Shown one piece after another: positions 38,781-50,300 of a stretch of 64,000 nt of DNA. The first letter of the stretch is position 1. The number at the start of each line of letters is the position of its first letter. The translations under genes were made by a program, and so were the position numbers. The notes beneath the pieces were generated by a model. That model was not told the origin of the DNA. It did no database searches and saw only the letters and a list, made by a program, of their open reading frames with translations. This DNA comes from an uncultured archaeon (GTDB taxonomy: Archaea > Asgardarchaeota > Thorarchaeia > Thorarchaeales > Thorarchaeaceae), in contig CAZYLT010000011.1 in the NCBI GenBank assembly GCA_964648855.1, forward strand, positions 2,158 to 66,157, written 5' to 3'.

Positions 38781-39521
38781 ATGGCTTTCGTAGCAACCAA
38801 AGACAGTAGTTTCGAAATAATCCTGAAAAAAGGATTCAAAGTAAAACCCGGCTCCATATTCATATCTGGATTTCATGGGCTTGGAGAGGTCGGTTTCCTT
38901 AGTACAGCACATCTCACACGTACTCTTGAGGCTGAACGTGTGGGTTTTATCAAGAGTGATATGCTGCCGCTTTTCGTGTCTATGGAAAATGAGAAGATGG
39001 TGCTTCCATTTGAAATCTATTTCTATGAAGAAAAGAACATGATATTTTTCGTTCCACGATTTCAACCTCATCAATCTGAACAATGGGGATTCGTTGAGCA
39101 TCTAGCAAACTGGATTATGGAACAGAAATTCGACGAAGTTCTCCTGTTGGGTGGACTCGATGCTAGCTTCAAAGAAGGCGAAGAAGATATGCGTACGGTT
39201 CCGACTAACGCATATAGACCAAAGCTTGACAAATGGAATGTACCAATATTGGAAGAAGGTCTCTTTGTAGCTGGCCCTCTAGCCTTGCTATTGGCAAATT
39301 TGGAGATGAATGAATGTCCAGCCATAGGATTACTTACTTATGCCACCAGAGGGCGTCCAGATCCCCGCTCTGCAGCGAGTATGCTTGAAAAAATCAATGA
39401 TGTGTTTGGTGTTTCAGCAAACGTGGATCAACTCATCGAAGAGAGCAAAGAGATTGAGCGCCTGGAAAAGATGAGGAAATCAATCGAGTCCGATAGTGAC
39501 CCATCGCAGATGTACCTGTAA
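38781..39521 (+). CDS. PAC2-family proteasome assembly chaperone (PbaA/PbaB-like)
   Basis: FISGFHGLGEVGFLSTAHL N-terminal block typical of PAC2/DUF75; C-terminal ...SQMYL fits a hydrophobic-Tyr-X (HbYX) proteasome-docking tail. Confidence 0.55.
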   Translation: MAFVATKDSSFEIILKKGFKVKPGSIFISGFHGLGEVGFLSTAHLTRTLEAERVGFIKSDMLPLFVSMENEKMVLPFEIYFYEEKNMIFFVPRFQPHQSEQWGFVEHLANWIMEQKFDEVLLLGGLDASFKEGEEDMRTVPTNAYRPKLDKWNVPILEEGLFVAGPLALLLANLEMNECPAIGLLTYATRGRPDPRSAASMLEKINDVFGVSANVDQLIEESKEIERLEKMRKSIESDSDPSQMYL

Positions 39522-39533
39522 GGCCGGAAGAAG

Positions 39534-40076
39534 CTAGCCCAGTTTCCTGATGTACCAGCCGATATCGATGAGATTCTTGGCTACTAGGTCCTCAGCCTTC
39601 AGATAGGGAACTCGTGTTGCATCGACCGACAGTTCAGCAAGACCCAATACGTCATCTCTTTCATTCAGAACTATGACTCGCTGACGTCTTTTCAGTGACT
39701 GGTCAATGTCAATCACTGACTCCTTAATGATACTCCTACCATAAGTGAAAGATTCTGCAGCGATTTGTTTGACATGAATTAGATTCGACGTCAATTTTGC
39801 CAGTGGATTAAGAATAGGCAAGCTAAGTCTTAACCTACTCTGATAAACATCAACAAACCATAGTCCAAGAGAATAGACATCGAGGCCCGAGATGGTATTT
39901 TCGAAAAACCTCATCCACTCTCTGGGAACAAGGTAAATTGAATCTAGTTGTTCACCTTCAATTTTTGCGGGTACCCGTTCTTTGATCAAAGCCTGTGTGA
40001 CACCATCTCCGAATTCTTTGTCAATCTGAGCTGCAATCTTGTCCCAGTATGTAGACTCGACCAACTCTAACTCCAT
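39534..40076 (-). CDS. PUA-like domain protein, gene immediately 3' of the NOP2/Sun methyltransferase
   Basis: C-terminal RVIVLNERDDVLGLAELSVD...IGWYIRK resembles the PUA beta-barrel; start abuts the stop of the upstream MTase. Confidence 0.35.
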   Translation of the reverse strand: MELELVESTYWDKIAAQIDKEFGDGVTQALIKERVPAKIEGEQLDSIYLVPREWMRFFENTISGLDVYSLGLWFVDVYQSRLRLSLPILNPLAKLTSNLIHVKQIAAESFTYGRSIIKESVIDIDQSLKRRQRVIVLNERDDVLGLAELSVDATRVPYLKAEDLVAKNLIDIGWYIRKLG

Positions 40077-41054
40077 TTACAAAGCACCTACCTTCCTCAT
40101 CCTGCAAATGAAGAATCCTTCCGTCCCATCCTTTTGAGGGAGAAACCGCTTTGCCATTTTCAGTGATTCGTCCAGTTGTACACCATAAGGCTGTGGATAT
40201 CCCGGTGACCCAAAATCCTGAGTTATAGGTCCAATCTCCATCTCTGGATGATTTCGCAGAACATTATCCACAACAAACTCGTTCTCCTCTGGTGCAATAG
40301 AACAGGTTGCATACACCAGCACTCCTCCTATTCTAAGCTTCTCCACGGCAGCCTCAAGCATATCTCCTTCTCTGGTTGCACAGTAGCGAACATCAGCCAT
40401 GGACTTGCTCGTCTTTCTGGTTGGGTCAATTGGAATGAGGCCCTCTCCAGAGCACGGCGCGTCCAGCAGGATTCTGTCGGGCTCAATATCAATCTCTTCC
40501 AATCTTCTTGCATCGCCTCTTATGACAAGTGAATTTGTAACTCCACAACGTTGGATATTACTCTCAAGACTCTGAATCCTTTTTCGATCATTTTCTATTG
40601 ACACAACAATGCCAGTATTGTTCATACGTTGACCAATGTGAGTAGTCTTTCCTCCCGGAGCAGATGCAAGATCCATAATCACTTCACCAGGCTGCGGGTT
40701 TAGGACATCTACCACGGTCATGGATGGAACTCCTTGGACATAGTAGTGACCTAACATATGTTCCATCAAGGCACCCGGGGATAATCCTTGGAAATCTGCA
40801 ACGTAGCCAAGGTCTATCCAATCAATCGGATCTAAATAGACCCCCTTCTCACTAAGACGCTGGATTGTCGTTGAAGGGGATGCAAGCAAGGGATTCAATC
40901 TAATGGCAGTAGGAATGGGTTTCTCGCAGGCTTCAAGGAAAGCGATTGTTTCAGACATTCCCCATAGCGTGAGATAGCGCTCCAACATATAGGGAAGGTA
41001 CCCCCACTCTTCCGCAATCTCTTTTGCCTGTTCTCTTATCTTTCTACTCGCCAA
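40077..41054 (-). CDS. NOL1/NOP2/Sun-family RNA cytosine-C5 methyltransferase
   Basis: DLASAPGGKTTHIG (SAM motif I), DAPCSGEG (motif IV with catalytic Cys), ATCS (motif VI Cys). Confidence 0.75.
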   Translation of the reverse strand: MASRKIREQAKEIAEEWGYLPYMLERYLTLWGMSETIAFLEACEKPIPTAIRLNPLLASPSTTIQRLSEKGVYLDPIDWIDLGYVADFQGLSPGALMEHMLGHYYVQGVPSMTVVDVLNPQPGEVIMDLASAPGGKTTHIGQRMNNTGIVVSIENDRKRIQSLESNIQRCGVTNSLVIRGDARRLEEIDIEPDRILLDAPCSGEGLIPIDPTRKTSKSMADVRYCATREGDMLEAAVEKLRIGGVLVYATCSIAPEENEFVVDNVLRNHPEMEIGPITQDFGSPGYPQPYGVQLDESLKMAKRFLPQKDGTEGFFICRMRKVGAL

Positions 41055-41086
41055 TATTTCTAATCCCCTTCAATTATCTAAAATTT

Positions 41087-41527
41087 TCAATCTTCTCCAA
41101 TATCTTCATTCCATAGGCTTGGGTTATCCTCGATGAATCTAGTCATCATTTCTATACATTCGGGATTATTTTCTACCTTCAAATCAACCCCGCGGCTTTT
41201 GAGATAATCCTCTGGTCCCTCAAATGTCCGATTTTCTCCTATAACGACGCGTGGAATTCCGTAGAGAAGTACCGCACCGCTACACATGTCACAGGGTGAT
41301 AGAGTTGAATATAGAGTGGATTTTCGATACTCGACAGCCGTCAACCGTCCTGCGTTCTCTAGGCAATCCATTTCTGCATGAAGAATAGGACTACCATCTT
41401 GTATTCGCTTGTTATGACCGCTACCTACTATTTTGTCGTCAATAACTAAGACAGCTCCTATCGGAATCCCTCCCTCCTTCAATCCTCTCTTTGCTTCATC
41501 TATAGATGATTGCATAAATCGGTTCAT
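41087..41527 (-). CDS. CMP/dCMP-type zinc deaminase (TadA/guanine-deaminase-like)
   Basis: HAEMDC ... PCDMCSGA zinc-binding motifs. Confidence 0.7.
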   Translation of the reverse strand: MNRFMQSSIDEAKRGLKEGGIPIGAVLVIDDKIVGSGHNKRIQDGSPILHAEMDCLENAGRLTAVEYRKSTLYSTLSPCDMCSGAVLLYGIPRVVIGENRTFEGPEDYLKSRGVDLKVENNPECIEMMTRFIEDNPSLWNEDIGED

Positions 41528-41548
41528 TATCTCACAATCTCCTTGCTA

Positions 41549-42820
41549 TCATTGTATTTGTGCCAAGGCACTCTGTAGCTCATTTACACTGGGCATTATG
41601 GCTTTCACTTCAGGTGTGAGTCTATCTGGCGTTGCAAGGTCTTTGAATCCTGATCCAGTGATGGGGACCACAACCCTATCCCTCAAGTCAATAGTTCCCT
41701 CATCAATGAGAAGTTCAAGTCCCGCCAACGCGGCAACTCCACTCGGTTCAGCAAAAATACCCTCCAGCCTTCCCAGTTCTACAAGATAGTGTTCAATTAG
41801 GGAATCTGGGACTGAGACCGCCTTTCCGTTTTCTGATTCCAAATACTTCAGTGCGGCATCGCCATCCCATGGAAACGGATCCGCAAGTCCTCCTGCGACC
41901 GTTTCATTTGAGTCCCATGGCTTGATGTCTAAAGGAGGTTGATCCTCTTTGAATGCTCGAACAATGGGTGCACACCCTTCAGGTTGAACTACAACTGGTC
42001 TGGGTATATCATCGATTAGTCCCATTTGCTCAAATTCGGAAAATCCTTTCATAGTCCCAGACATCAGCCCTCCGCTTCCGGTGGGGAAAAGGATCCAGTC
42101 GGGAGGCTTCCAATTCATTTGCTCGGAAATTTCGTAAGCTATGGATTTTGTGCCTTCATATTGGAAGCAATTGAATGGACCAAAAGATGGACATGGCACC
42201 CAATCTAGTTGGTCACATGCATTCTTGAGAAGGGTTGTAGTGGGATCGATACCTTCCTTCTCTTTCTTAACTCTGAATACATTAGCGCCGAGGGTTCTAA
42301 GATGGATTAGCTTCCCTGCGGGGGCATTTTCGGGTACAAATACCATGGCCGCAATGCCAGCTCTAGCTGCATATGTTGACATTGATGCAGCCGCATTCCC
42401 GGAAGAGGCTGCTGCTACAGTTTCTGCACCATCTTCAACGGCTCTACTAACGCCCACGCAGATTGGTCTATCTTTGAACGAACCCGAGGGGTTAGTAGTT
42501 TCATCCTTTAGAAAAAGATGTTTGAGATTCATCCTCTCTGCTAGTCTTTTACTCTGCAGCAGCGCAGTACCTCCTTCTCCCAGGGTCACGATATTCTCTC
42601 TTCTGGTCAATGGCAGAAACTCGAAGTATTTCCAGAGCCCTGGCTCTCTATTTGCCAATGTGGTCTTATCCACTACATCCTTTAGTGACTCAATATCAAT
42701 TTCAATATCAATACGTCCACCACATCCGTCATTGGGCGGCACGTCTGAATTTTCATACGTTTTGCCGCACTTTGCACACTGGTAGGTACTGACAAAAGAC
42801 ACTTTTACATCAACCACCAT
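41549..42820 (-). CDS. thrC: threonine synthase (PLP-dependent, N-terminal Zn ribbon)
   Basis: YQCAKCGKTY zinc ribbon, PLP lysine motif PSGSFKDR, fold-type II PLP blocks; start placed at internal MVVDVK (ORF extends to 42874). Confidence 0.75.
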   Translation of the reverse strand: MVVDVKVSFVSTYQCAKCGKTYENSDVPPNDGCGGRIDIEIDIESLKDVVDKTTLANREPGLWKYFEFLPLTRRENIVTLGEGGTALLQSKRLAERMNLKHLFLKDETTNPSGSFKDRPICVGVSRAVEDGAETVAAASSGNAAASMSTYAARAGIAAMVFVPENAPAGKLIHLRTLGANVFRVKKEKEGIDPTTTLLKNACDQLDWVPCPSFGPFNCFQYEGTKSIAYEISEQMNWKPPDWILFPTGSGGLMSGTMKGFSEFEQMGLIDDIPRPVVVQPEGCAPIVRAFKEDQPPLDIKPWDSNETVAGGLADPFPWDGDAALKYLESENGKAVSVPDSLIEHYLVELGRLEGIFAEPSGVAALAGLELLIDEGTIDLRDRVVVPITGSGFKDLATPDRLTPEVKAIMPSVNELQSALAQIQ

Positions 42821-42925
42821 CACAAAGTATGCCAAGGTTATGTGGCTTGTGGCTTGCACATTAATTACTGGCATAATGGGCGGATATTCATTCGACCGCT
42901 TGGGTACTCGATGAGGCTATCAATA

Positions 42926-43519
42926 ATGAACAAGACCAGCATTGAAGTGGAAATAAAAATCAAGATTGACAATCTGGAGGCTGTAGGGCGACAATTAGAA
43001 TCAATGGGGGCTAAGCTGAAGAATTCAGAAAAACAAGTCGACTTGTACTATAACCATCCATGTAGGGACTACTCGGTGACAGATGAAGCTCTGCGCATTA
43101 GAAGAAGAATCCTCGTTAAAACAGAGGGTGAAGAGAGCAACCTAGATAAATTTCCCCTCATCGAGATCACATACAAGGGGCCCAAACTTGACGAATCTAC
43201 TAAGACGCGGGTCGAGCACTCGGTCGGAGTCAATAGTTACGAGAATGCTAAGCTCATATTCTCCTCTCTCGGTTTCATAGAAGTTGCTAGCATTGAGAAG
43301 CAGAGAGTCTTCTATACACATGGCGACATTACCATCAGCCTTGACAATGTACTCGATGTTGGGTGTTTCATAGAGCTCGAAAGAATAGTTACTAATCCTG
43401 ATTTGCTTGGCAAGGCCCGAAAAGAGATTCTAGAGTTGGTTGAATCCCTCGGATACAGTATCAAGGATTCAATTCGAGAGTCCTACCTAGAATTATATCT
43501 TGCAAAAAATCAATCTTAG
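42926..43519 (+). CDS. CYTH-domain (triphosphate tunnel metalloenzyme) protein
   Basis: N-terminal EVEIKIKI (ExExK) motif and later acidic beta-strands; start at MNKTS (ORF extends to 42842). Confidence 0.65.
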   Translation: MNKTSIEVEIKIKIDNLEAVGRQLESMGAKLKNSEKQVDLYYNHPCRDYSVTDEALRIRRRILVKTEGEESNLDKFPLIEITYKGPKLDESTKTRVEHSVGVNSYENAKLIFSSLGFIEVASIEKQRVFYTHGDITISLDNVLDVGCFIELERIVTNPDLLGKARKEILELVESLGYSIKDSIRESYLELYLAKNQS

Positions 43520-44361
43520 CTAACTAGACCCATTTCTTTCTCTAGCTGAACCACAAATTCCTCCAGTACATTATGGCGATCTTGAGCCATCTGTTGTCCA
43601 ATATCTGTATACATGAGGTCACGTAATTTCAGGAGTTTCTCGTGCGCATGCTGAAGAAAACCTTCGATGCCACGATTATCAACTGATGATTGCGCAACAG
43701 CTCGAAATACTCCAATAGCTCCTATTGCGTCTAGCTTATCAGCATCACTTAGAATCTTTCCTTCGACATTTACGGCTTCTAAGCCTTCACTGAACCTATG
43801 TGTTCTAATCGTTTGAATAACAGACTCAATCTCTGAGTCCGAATAGTTAAGGGTCTCCAGAATCTCTACACTCATTTCTCCTGAGAGTATCGAATGAGAC
43901 TTTCCCGCCTCCTTTTCGAAAGGTCTACCGATGTCATGGAGCAGTGCGGAAGCGCCTAGTACTCGAATATTCACTTCCTCCTTTTGCGCCATCTCCAGTG
44001 ACAGACTCAGGACTCGCTCAATGTGAGCATAAGTATGTGCTCCTATTTCATCATCGCCAAGAGTCTGTTTCACGTACTCTTCAATAGGTTCCCTCGGGAA
44101 CTCGGTGATGTCTTTGGAATGATTCAACTGTAGTGTCTTCCTATATCGATTTATTGAAGGGAGCCATGCAAGAAATCCTTTAAACACTACCCTCAGAAAG
44201 TCTGAATACCACCTGAGGATTTGCCTCTGTAGTGAAGTTTGTGGCTTCACAGATGCACGCCCAAGGAAGCCTAGAGGGACGCCATTGAGTGCCAGCAAGA
44301 CAGAGACCAAACGAAAAATGGGACTAGTCACAATAGCTAGCTCCTTATTCATTATTGCCAC
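43516..44361 (-). CDS. HD-domain phosphohydrolase
   Basis: H...HD...D pattern (HTYAHIERV, LLHDIGR, DADKLDAIG); N-terminal limit uncertain, annotated start overlaps the divergent giant gene. Confidence 0.6.
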   Translation of the reverse strand: MAIMNKELAIVTSPIFRLVSVLLALNGVPLGFLGRASVKPQTSLQRQILRWYSDFLRVVFKGFLAWLPSINRYRKTLQLNHSKDITEFPREPIEEYVKQTLGDDEIGAHTYAHIERVLSLSLEMAQKEEVNIRVLGASALLHDIGRPFEKEAGKSHSILSGEMSVEILETLNYSDSEIESVIQTIRTHRFSEGLEAVNVEGKILSDADKLDAIGAIGVFRAVAQSSVDNRGIEGFLQHAHEKLLKLRDLMYTDIGQQMAQDRHNVLEEFVVQLEKEMGLVS

Positions 44362-47300
44362 TATCGTTTGGGGGACTTATACCCTCATCATGATCCAGAG
44401 TGGAAACGTTAGAGCATATCAGCCACATCAACCATTCGATGAGATTCCTCCTTGGGAATATGACCTTGATTGGGCTGGTGGACGAACCAACTGGTTTGAG
44501 AATGTGAACTACACTGATATTCCACTAGACCAAGAATTACCAGAGAATCTTCTTGAACAGATGGAAAATGTTGTATTTATCGCAGAACCGGACCAACCTG
44601 CTCAATTATGGCGGAATAGTGCTTACGATCAATACGACGGCTCAGGGTGGTCAAAAACTCAGGCTTCGCAATACACATTTTCTGGCATCTCACAAGAAGA
44701 CGCGACAAATCAAGGTAATACTATCTATACAATTTACCTCAATGTTTCTGTTGGACCTAATGTCGGTGAGATTGAATTGCCGACGATTTTTCCAGAGGCT
44801 CAGGTAATCCAAGGCTCATTTCAGAGTGAACCTGCAGGACGCATTGAGAGTTATGAACTCTCTACCGATGATTATGGCACTGTACGATTTAGCCCCATGC
44901 TTTTGGGAGATACAAATGAAACTATTGTCGTAAGCTACGACGTGACATATACAGAACAAAATCAACAGAATATCTCGGATAATGCAGTAGAAGGCAGTGC
45001 TGCCCCAGCTAGTATCTCCAGTCTCTATACTGACCTCTCCCTAGTGGATGAATTGACTCCTCGCGTTCAAAATGAAATAGACCCATTCCGTGATGTGGGG
45101 GACAATGCGTATCAGAAGGCACGTGCAGTTGAAGTATACTTTCGTGATACTTATGACCTCATAATTGATGAGGAGCGCATAAATGAGAGACCTCCAAGTG
45201 ACCGTGAAGTAACAGATTGGTTTATAGAACGAGGCGGGGGGCTGCCTATGGACTTCGCTACCGCCTATTGTGTCTTCATGCGCGACTTAGGAATCCCTGC
45301 AAGAATGACAATAGGTTATGCGCTTGGGGATGCTCAAGATGGCTATCGAATCGTCCGAGTACGTCATATGCTGTTTTATGCAGAGGTCTTCATTCCTCTT
45401 CAGGGTGGCGGCGGTGAGTGGATACAGGTCATACCTCTAAGTCTTCCCGATAATATGGGCGGTGGTGAACTCCCTGCAAATGCAGGAGAGGGAAATGTTT
45501 CACTGTACGTGTTTCCACCTCAATGGTCTCTCATTGGGGAGCCATTCAACTTGAGTTCGCTCCTCCTAGTTAATGACATCCCTGTGGCTAGGAATGAAAC
45601 AATTGTGTTTCATGATGAAACAGACAACGTTCCAATGGGCACAGCAGAGATTGAACAGGGAACTTACTTACCCTTGGCGAATATCACCTATACATTCCCC
45701 GATAATGCAACAGTTAGCGCCCATAATATATCCGCAACTTGGAATTCTGATGCCTATTCGGTGAGCAATTTCACCATAGTATATGCTGTCGGTGAAGCTA
45801 ATCCATTGTCGCCACAATCCGTTAGAACGAGCTCGAGTTTTATGCCAAGCGAAACAACCGATGTGAATATCAAGCTGGGACTTGATAATTACACAGCTCA
45901 TTGGGAGGATATCCTTCACGTCTATGGCACCCTTACTGTCAATGGTCAACCTGTGGACGGCACAACACTGGATAACGATCAGATGCAGATAATGTGGGAC
46001 GAATTGTTCTATGGAAATGCCACAATTCAATCGGACGGTTACTATGAGATCGATATCTATGTTGACCCTGCTGATCTCCTTCGCATGACAACGGGTGACC
46101 ACTTGCTATGGGCTCAGTATGCTGGTGAATACGACAGCGAAACAGGATTTCCCGTCATATTGCCGGGTCGATCCCAAGATAACTCCACGGTGGAAGTTCG
46201 TGGCCATCCAAGCTTTGGCCTCTCAGTGTCTCCGACTGATACCTATGCTGGTTCAACCCTCACATATGAGGGGGTGCTAGAACTACTGAATGGTACGCCG
46301 CTCGTAGGTGAAACAGTTGGTATTATTCTAAATGGTACATTGGTTGATACGACCACGACTAATAGCTCAGGAGGATACATGTATGACTACAGTATTCCAT
46401 GGGATTATCCTGCAGGCACTGTTTACGCACAAGTCAATTGGACTTCAGGACTCACATTGATAGATGGAAATACAAGCGCCTCGATATCCGTGATTATCAG
46501 AGCCGGCCTAACCGACCTCACCATCGATTCATCACCGCGTTCGCCCGACCCAGTACATATCTTTGAGAACATAACCATCTATGGATATCTTACTGATGCC
46601 TCAAACGGAACTCCTTTGGCTGAACGAACAATAGACATTTGGTGGGAGGAAGATGGTTCGCCAGTACAAATCGGAAGCAATACTACAACAGCGACCGGTT
46701 ATTATGAACTTGTATACACAGTTCCAAGCGGTTATGAAGGTGAAGTGACCTACTGGAGTGAATTCTCATCAACGGAACCATATTATCAGAGCAGTCGCTC
46801 AGTGAACCTTTCAATTATCGTGAAGAAGTATGACGTCACCATCACTATCTCAGCTACTCCTGACCCGGTTAGCATTTCAGAGATTGTTTGCATCGAAGGT
46901 TTGGTAACTCTGCCGGAAATCCCTGCCTTGCTTCGAGATGCTCATCTAACAATCTGGTGGCACAACTCAACTGGTACCTATAACATTACTGGGATATACA
47001 CAAATTCAACTGGTGGCTACCTGTTTGATTACCAGGTCCCCATAGACCATGAATTGGCAGCTGTGGAGGTCTGGACACAATTTATCTCTCCGTCTCCAGC
47101 ACTGGCAAGTAACGAGTCCCAACATATCTCATTGTCAGTTTCAAACTACGCCTCAATTATCTCAGTCGATTCAAACTCAACCATTGTGCATTTGAATGAG
47201 TCCATTCTCATCTATGGCAATCTGCATTTGAACAACGGAACTCCGCTAGCGGGTTATACGGTGCAGATACAGTGGGACAACGGGTCCGTATACTACTTCA

Positions 47301-50300
47301 ATGTCACAACAAATGGTGCAGGAGATTACTCATTCGTTTACAACTTCTCACTGAGTCAAGACTCAGAAGGCATAGTAGAAGTTCAGGCAATTCACACCTC
47401 TATCAATCCCATATACAACAGCTCATCGGCATGGTTAAGTCCATCTCTTATGGTGCAGCTCTATCAGCTGGACTTAACCGGCACTGTGAATGCAACCCAA
47501 GTTCATCAAGACGAAGTCCTCCTATTCTCTGGGACCCTTTCGTTTGTTGACAACGGTGCGCCAATATCCGGAGAAACAATAAGCGTCTTCTATGATCACG
47601 GTAATGGAACAGTTTCTGAATTCCTCAAGATAACAGATTCATCTGGCGGATATTCCTTCCTCTACAATTACTCATTCGCCGATGCATTGGGAGCTATCTA
47701 CATCTGGGCAGAGTATACGAGCACTAACCCTCTTTGGGATAACTCAACGTCTCCTACAAGGACTGTCCAAATAATTCTATACTCTCTCGACCTAACAACG
47801 ACAACCAATAGCTCCACCTACTACCTTGATCAGGCTGTCTTCATCTCTGGACAGCTTTCGTTCACAAACAACGGAACAGGGATTTCGAACGAACAGGTTC
47901 GTGTATTTTGGGATAATGGTACTGACGTGATTGACCTTGGTTTCCATACAACGAATTCAACCGGCTATTACAATCTGACGATTGATTTGTCGCCCCAAGA
48001 TCACTCTCCGGGAGATTTCACGATATGGGCAAACTATTCCAGTTCAAATGCGCTTTGGGATAACGCCTCCTCATCCCCAGGCACTACCATCACACTACAG
48101 CTCTATCAAGTTGTTCTTGATGTCAGTATAAGTCCAAATCCGGTATACCTCAACGAAACTGTGACTATAACGGCACATCTCTACTTTATGTTAAACGGGT
48201 CAGACATTTTCGGTGCTGAGATTACTCTGTGGTGGTATAATGGAACCGATTTCAATCTGGTGACACTCACAACAGATCCTACGGGAGAGGTTTCTTTCGC
48301 ATACGATAGGATGGACAGGGATACCACCCTCTCAGTGGAGATTTTTGCAAACTATTCGGGTTCAAGTCTTATCGAGAGCAAGGAGTCCACTCATCAGTTG
48401 CTCACCTTGTTGAGATGGTCTACAGTATTCTCTTCCATCAGTACGGGCGGGACAACCTCTTATCACCCAACGGAAACCATCGTGATATCGGGAATCTTGT
48501 ATTATGATGAACCAGATCCGGATGTGCCCTATGGAGGAGTCATAGTGGAAATCCTGATTGATGGATCTGTGGTCAATTCTACAACGACTGCCTCAGATGG
48601 ATCCTTCACTAGCTACTATACAATACCTGCATCAATTTCTCCTGGTACATACGATTTGACAACTAGATTCACTTCGTCGAACAACTGGGTGTCTGGTACG
48701 ACATCAGCCCCTGTATCCATAGATATTGATGCCTATCAACTCGTTTGGACTTTAACACTGAACAGCGCAGTATCATATCCCATCACACTGTATCGGAGTG
48801 AATGGCTAAACATATCAGGAACACTAGAATTGGACGACGGAACTCCGTATGGGGGACAGACTGTAGACATCTACTGGATATTAGTTGGCTCAGACGAACT
48901 CGCAGAATTCATTATTTCAGTCGTCACTCAACCAGATGGCTCATTCCAATACCAGTTTAGAATTAGTGATACTGAAACGCTTGGTCTCAAGGACATCTGG
49001 GCAAATTGTACTCCCACAGACCCCTATGTTGCATCAGGAGAATCCTCCTCTCGAAGTGCATTTATTGAACCGATTCCAGTTTCACTCACTGTATCCGCCG
49101 ACGTATCTTTAGCATACTTGGGCGATACTATCACAATAAACGGTACACTCACTTTTGGAAATGGTACACCTATAGTCAATGAAGACGTAGAGATTTTCTG
49201 GAATGGTGGACTGATTGCCACTATAACAGTGGAAGATGGCATAAACGGCTCCTATATTCACTATCTGGATTTACCATACTTTGAAGATGTTGGCCTGATT
49301 GCCCTCTATGCGAGGTTCGTTCAGCCATCAGAAGCCTATTCTGAAGCCGAAACACCTGAAGAAATTATCGAGGTACGCGATCTCATCACAATCAGTTTCG
49401 ATGCTCAAGAAATCTTTGTGGTAAATCGAGGTGACTCACTTGAAATGAGTGGCGGTGTCGCCAACGACGGCCGTGGAGTTGGAGACCTAGAGGTCGAACT
49501 GTTAGTCAACGGCACATCCACAGGGCTAACTACCACGACCGATTCAAGTGGCAACTTCCTCTTCACCATTGTCGTAGAATCGGACCAAGAGGCTGGTTCG
49601 TACAATCTCAGTGTCATTGCAGTATCTAGCTACCGTGAGGTATCGGCGGCATCAGACTACTGGATTGTAGATGTACACCTCCGTTCAATAGTTTCAATTG
49701 TGATTGACAGGGGTGGCGTTGTTCTTGTCGGTGAGAATCTTACAGTTAGCGTCAATGTAGTGGATGAGGATGGAAATTCAGTAGGTGGAGAATATGTTGA
49801 AATCTACCTAAACAACACGCTCATGGAAACAATTACACTGTCTGGAACTGGGCTCTTCACCACCAACATCGATATCACTAGTAGCTGGGATGGCGGGAGT
49901 GGTCATTTTGTTGCTAGGGCTGTTTTCGCCGGTGTAGGGCTTATTGACGCATCAAATGACACAAGTGATTCAACGGTACACATTGTTATGAATGTTGAAA
50001 TCATTGATCTATCCCCCTCATCCGTCCTTCCTAACTCACCATTCTCGATATCGGGCCGATTAGTGGATGAGGAAGAGAATCCAATTGTTGGGCGAAGTCT
50101 TCGAATCTATCTAAACAGTTCGTCAGAATATCAAACCCCTTCAACAGATGAAGATGGTGCTTTTACGTATTCTATTAGAACTGGGTATCCAGACCAATCT
50201 CGTTTGAACTACATTATTGCTCTTCATAGGAACGATGGGACTGAGTTCGACAGAGCATCGGGAACAGTTCTGATCCAGGCATCTTCTCCGCCCACCATAG

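Noticed and set aside
43516-44361. Divergent overlap between the HD-domain gene start and the giant gene start
   Set aside because: It is more likely a start-codon mis-assignment (giant gene starting at M12 = 44318 and/or HD gene using a downstream alternative start) than a true 77-nt antisense overlap.
45668-46102. Antisense ORFs inside the giant gene (for example 45668..46102 minus, 49024..49242 minus)
   Set aside because: They are embedded in and out of frame with a 6.2-kb ORF that has a strong repeat and domain signal, and are typical shadow ORFs.
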